Source of the DNA: a virus
Reading direction: 5' to 3' (one strand)
IMG/VR virus record: IMGVR_UViG_3300045988_174038
Coordinates: 1 to 33,353 of that record
DNA: 33,353 nt
Position numbers and translations under genes: made by a program. The notes beneath the pieces are model-generated. The model had not been told where the DNA came from. It was given only the letters and a program-made list of their open reading frames with translations, and did not search any database. Positions 32,135 to 33,353 of the stretch are shown piece by piece. Numbering within the stretch: position 1 is the first letter of the stretch; every line of letters begins with the position of its first letter.

Positions 32135-32980
32135 ATGTATGAACAACAGGGTTTGTGGGGCGAAACGGACTTAGAATTTGCCGAGCGCACTGCAATTGAA
32201 TTGATAAAGACGTTTGAACCCGTAGCATTGCAACGTTGTCCGGGACACGGCTACATCGTGGGTTACAGCGGTGGTAAAGACAGTGATTGCTTGGTAGACT
32301 TGTTTATCCGTAGCGGAGTAAAGTTTACTGTGATACATAACCACACAACGCTAGACATACCCGATACGGTGCGTTACGTCCGCAAACGTTTTGCAGAGTG
32401 GACTGCACAAGGTATTCCGTGCGAGGTACATAAGCCGAAAGAAAGCTTTTGGCAAATCTGCATACGCAAGAAAATGTTGCCGTTTCGCACTCGTCGCTTT
32501 TGTTGCGAGGAACTCAAAGAGTATCAACCCTACCCATTTGCCGTGTATTCGTTTGGCGTAAGACGAGCGGAAAGCAACGGTCGGGCGCAAAGACGAAACA
32601 ACATCGAAACACGCAACACAAAGAAGTACAGCGACGTTCAGCTTTTCCACTTTGACAAGTCGGAAGAAGTCCGCAACACCGATATGTGCTACACGAACAA
32701 GTACTTTATCGTCAACCCAATGGCGCAGTGGTCTACGGCTGTACGGGATAAGTACATCGCCAAGTATAACCTTGAAATCAATCCGATTTACGAAAAGTAC
32801 GGACTTGACCGTTGCGGTTGCATTATGTGCCCAATGTCAAGCGACAAAGAACGGCGCAGAGAAGCAGAGATGTCTCCGAACTATGTCAAAACGTTCAAGT
32901 GGTGTTGCGACAAGATAGCGGAACAACGGGACAATGTGGAAAGCGGCGAACAGCTATTTGACGATTATTTGCATTGGTGA
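32135..32980 (+). CDS. PAPS reductase-family PP-loop protein (DndC/IbrA-like)
   Basis: ..GYIVGYSGGKDSDCLVDL.. is the PP-loop SGGKDS motif of the PAPS reductase/ATP-pyrophosphatase family. A C-terminal Cys cluster ..DRCGCIMCPM.. and ..KWCCDK.. is present. Confidence 0.85.
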   Translation: MYEQQGLWGETDLEFAERTAIELIKTFEPVALQRCPGHGYIVGYSGGKDSDCLVDLFIRSGVKFTVIHNHTTLDIPDTVRYVRKRFAEWTAQGIPCEVHKPKESFWQICIRKKMLPFRTRRFCCEELKEYQPYPFAVYSFGVRRAESNGRAQRRNNIETRNTKKYSDVQLFHFDKSEEVRNTDMCYTNKYFIVNPMAQWSTAVRDKYIAKYNLEINPIYEKYGLDRCGCIMCPMSSDKERRREAEMSPNYVKTFKWCCDKIAEQRDNVESGEQLFDDYLHW

Positions 32981-33038
32981 GGTGACAAAATGACAGAAAA
33001 TGAACTTATGGTAGCAAAAGACGAAAAGTGGAGAGAAA

Positions 33039-33353
33039 ATGAGCGAACTGATAAAGAGCAAAGAAAGAGTTAAAAAGTTTGCCGAAGTCTACACTCCCGA
33101 CTACATTGTAAAGGATATGTGCGACTTGATACCGTCGAAAATTTGGGACAATATAGCGAGTACATTTTTAGAGCCTGCGTGTGGAACGGGCAATTTTCTC
33201 GTCGAGATATTGGCTCGCAAGTATGAACGTTGCAAAGACGTTAGGGACGGTTTAGTTGCGCTGTCGAGTGTAGTAGGCGTAGACATACAAGAAGATAATT
33301 GCGCCGAAACACGGGAAAGATTGCTTGCGCAGTTTTTGGAGCGGTTTAACCCT
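33039..33353 (+). CDS. 5' part of the truncated SAM-dependent (N6-adenine-type) methyltransferase-like gene; runs off the window and continues at nt 65
   Basis: ATG 33039 follows GGAGAG. FAEVYTPDYIV, then FLEPACGTGNFL (SAM-binding motif I), then VVGVDIQ (motif II-like). The ORF is open to the window end and in frame with nt 2-220. Confidence 0.7.
   Translation, partial: MSELIKSKERVKKFAEVYTPDYIVKDMCDLIPSKIWDNIASTFLEPACGTGNFLVEILARKYERCKDVRDGLVALSSVVGVDIQEDNCAETRERLLAQFLERFNP
33290..33353. repeat. Second copy of the 64-nt terminal overlap
   Basis: Exact match to nt 1-64. Confidence 0.95.

Noticed and set aside
32990-33073. 27-aa ORF (MTENELMVAKDEKWRENERTDKEQRKS) with a good SD right after the PAPS-reductase gene
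   Set aside because: It is too short and too low in complexity to support. It overlaps the methyltransferase-like start (33039) in another frame. It might be a real upstream or leader peptide, but I cannot support that from the sequence alone.
1-33353. tRNA genes, CRISPR arrays, integrase/attP, repressor-type lysogeny module
   Set aside because: I saw no cloverleaf-like sequences with a GTTCGAATC-type T-arm and no regularly spaced direct repeats. I saw no tyrosine or serine recombinase motifs and no divergent repressor gene. The phage is therefore described as having no visible lysogeny functions, not as proven virulent.

Overview
The window is a complete, circularly closed genome of a tailed dsDNA phage. 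Unit length is 33,289 bp, because nt 1-64 are identical to nt 33290-33353. Every credible gene is on the + strand. Strong Shine-Dalgarno sites (AAAGGAG) and near-consensus TTGACA-N16/17-TATAAT promoters suggest a Gram-positive (Firmicutes-like) host; that is inference only.

Layout:
- P1 (228) drives about 12 small early genes, including a YopX protein and a lipoprotein.
- P2 (3159) has a ~180-nt structured leader. It drives an unknown 191-aa protein, a ParB-N-domain protein, an SplB-like radical SAM gene, small and large terminase, portal, a Mu-F-like head protein, scaffold, major capsid and head-tail adaptors. These are followed by tail or baseplate-like proteins, four consecutive fibre or receptor-binding-type genes, a prepilin-like small protein and three membrane proteins. 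The unit ends at an intrinsic terminator (26143-26167).
- P3 (26224) drives small unknown genes, an XRE HTH, a recombination module (annealing-protein candidate and PD-(D/E)XK exonuclease), SSB and a GIY-YIG nuclease.
- P4 (30902) has a terminator-containing leader. It drives a replisome organiser with internal iterons, a PAPS-reductase-like PP-loop enzyme, and a truncated methyltransferase-like gene that spans the circular junction.

I saw no integrase, lysogeny module, tRNA, CRISPR array, reverse transcriptase, tape-measure-length gene or recognisable endolysin.

The most unusual signal is four G/C homopolymers of 9-10 nt; the next longest run I saw is 6. Three of them lie inside genes: the radical SAM gene and two paralogous fibre/RBP genes. 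Each splits its gene into two ORFs related by the same net +1 shift. This fits hypermutable contingency tracts or programmed recoding, or more trivially homopolymer miscalls.

Other candidates:
- A promoter-to-terminator RNA of about 95 nt carries an anti-Shine-Dalgarno stretch complementary (15/16) to two early-gene ribosome-binding sites.
- Two structured leaders precede the P2 and P4 operons.
- A phage-encoded prepilin-like protein sits between the fibre genes and the membrane proteins.
- A scattered set of nucleic-acid-modification-type enzymes is present.
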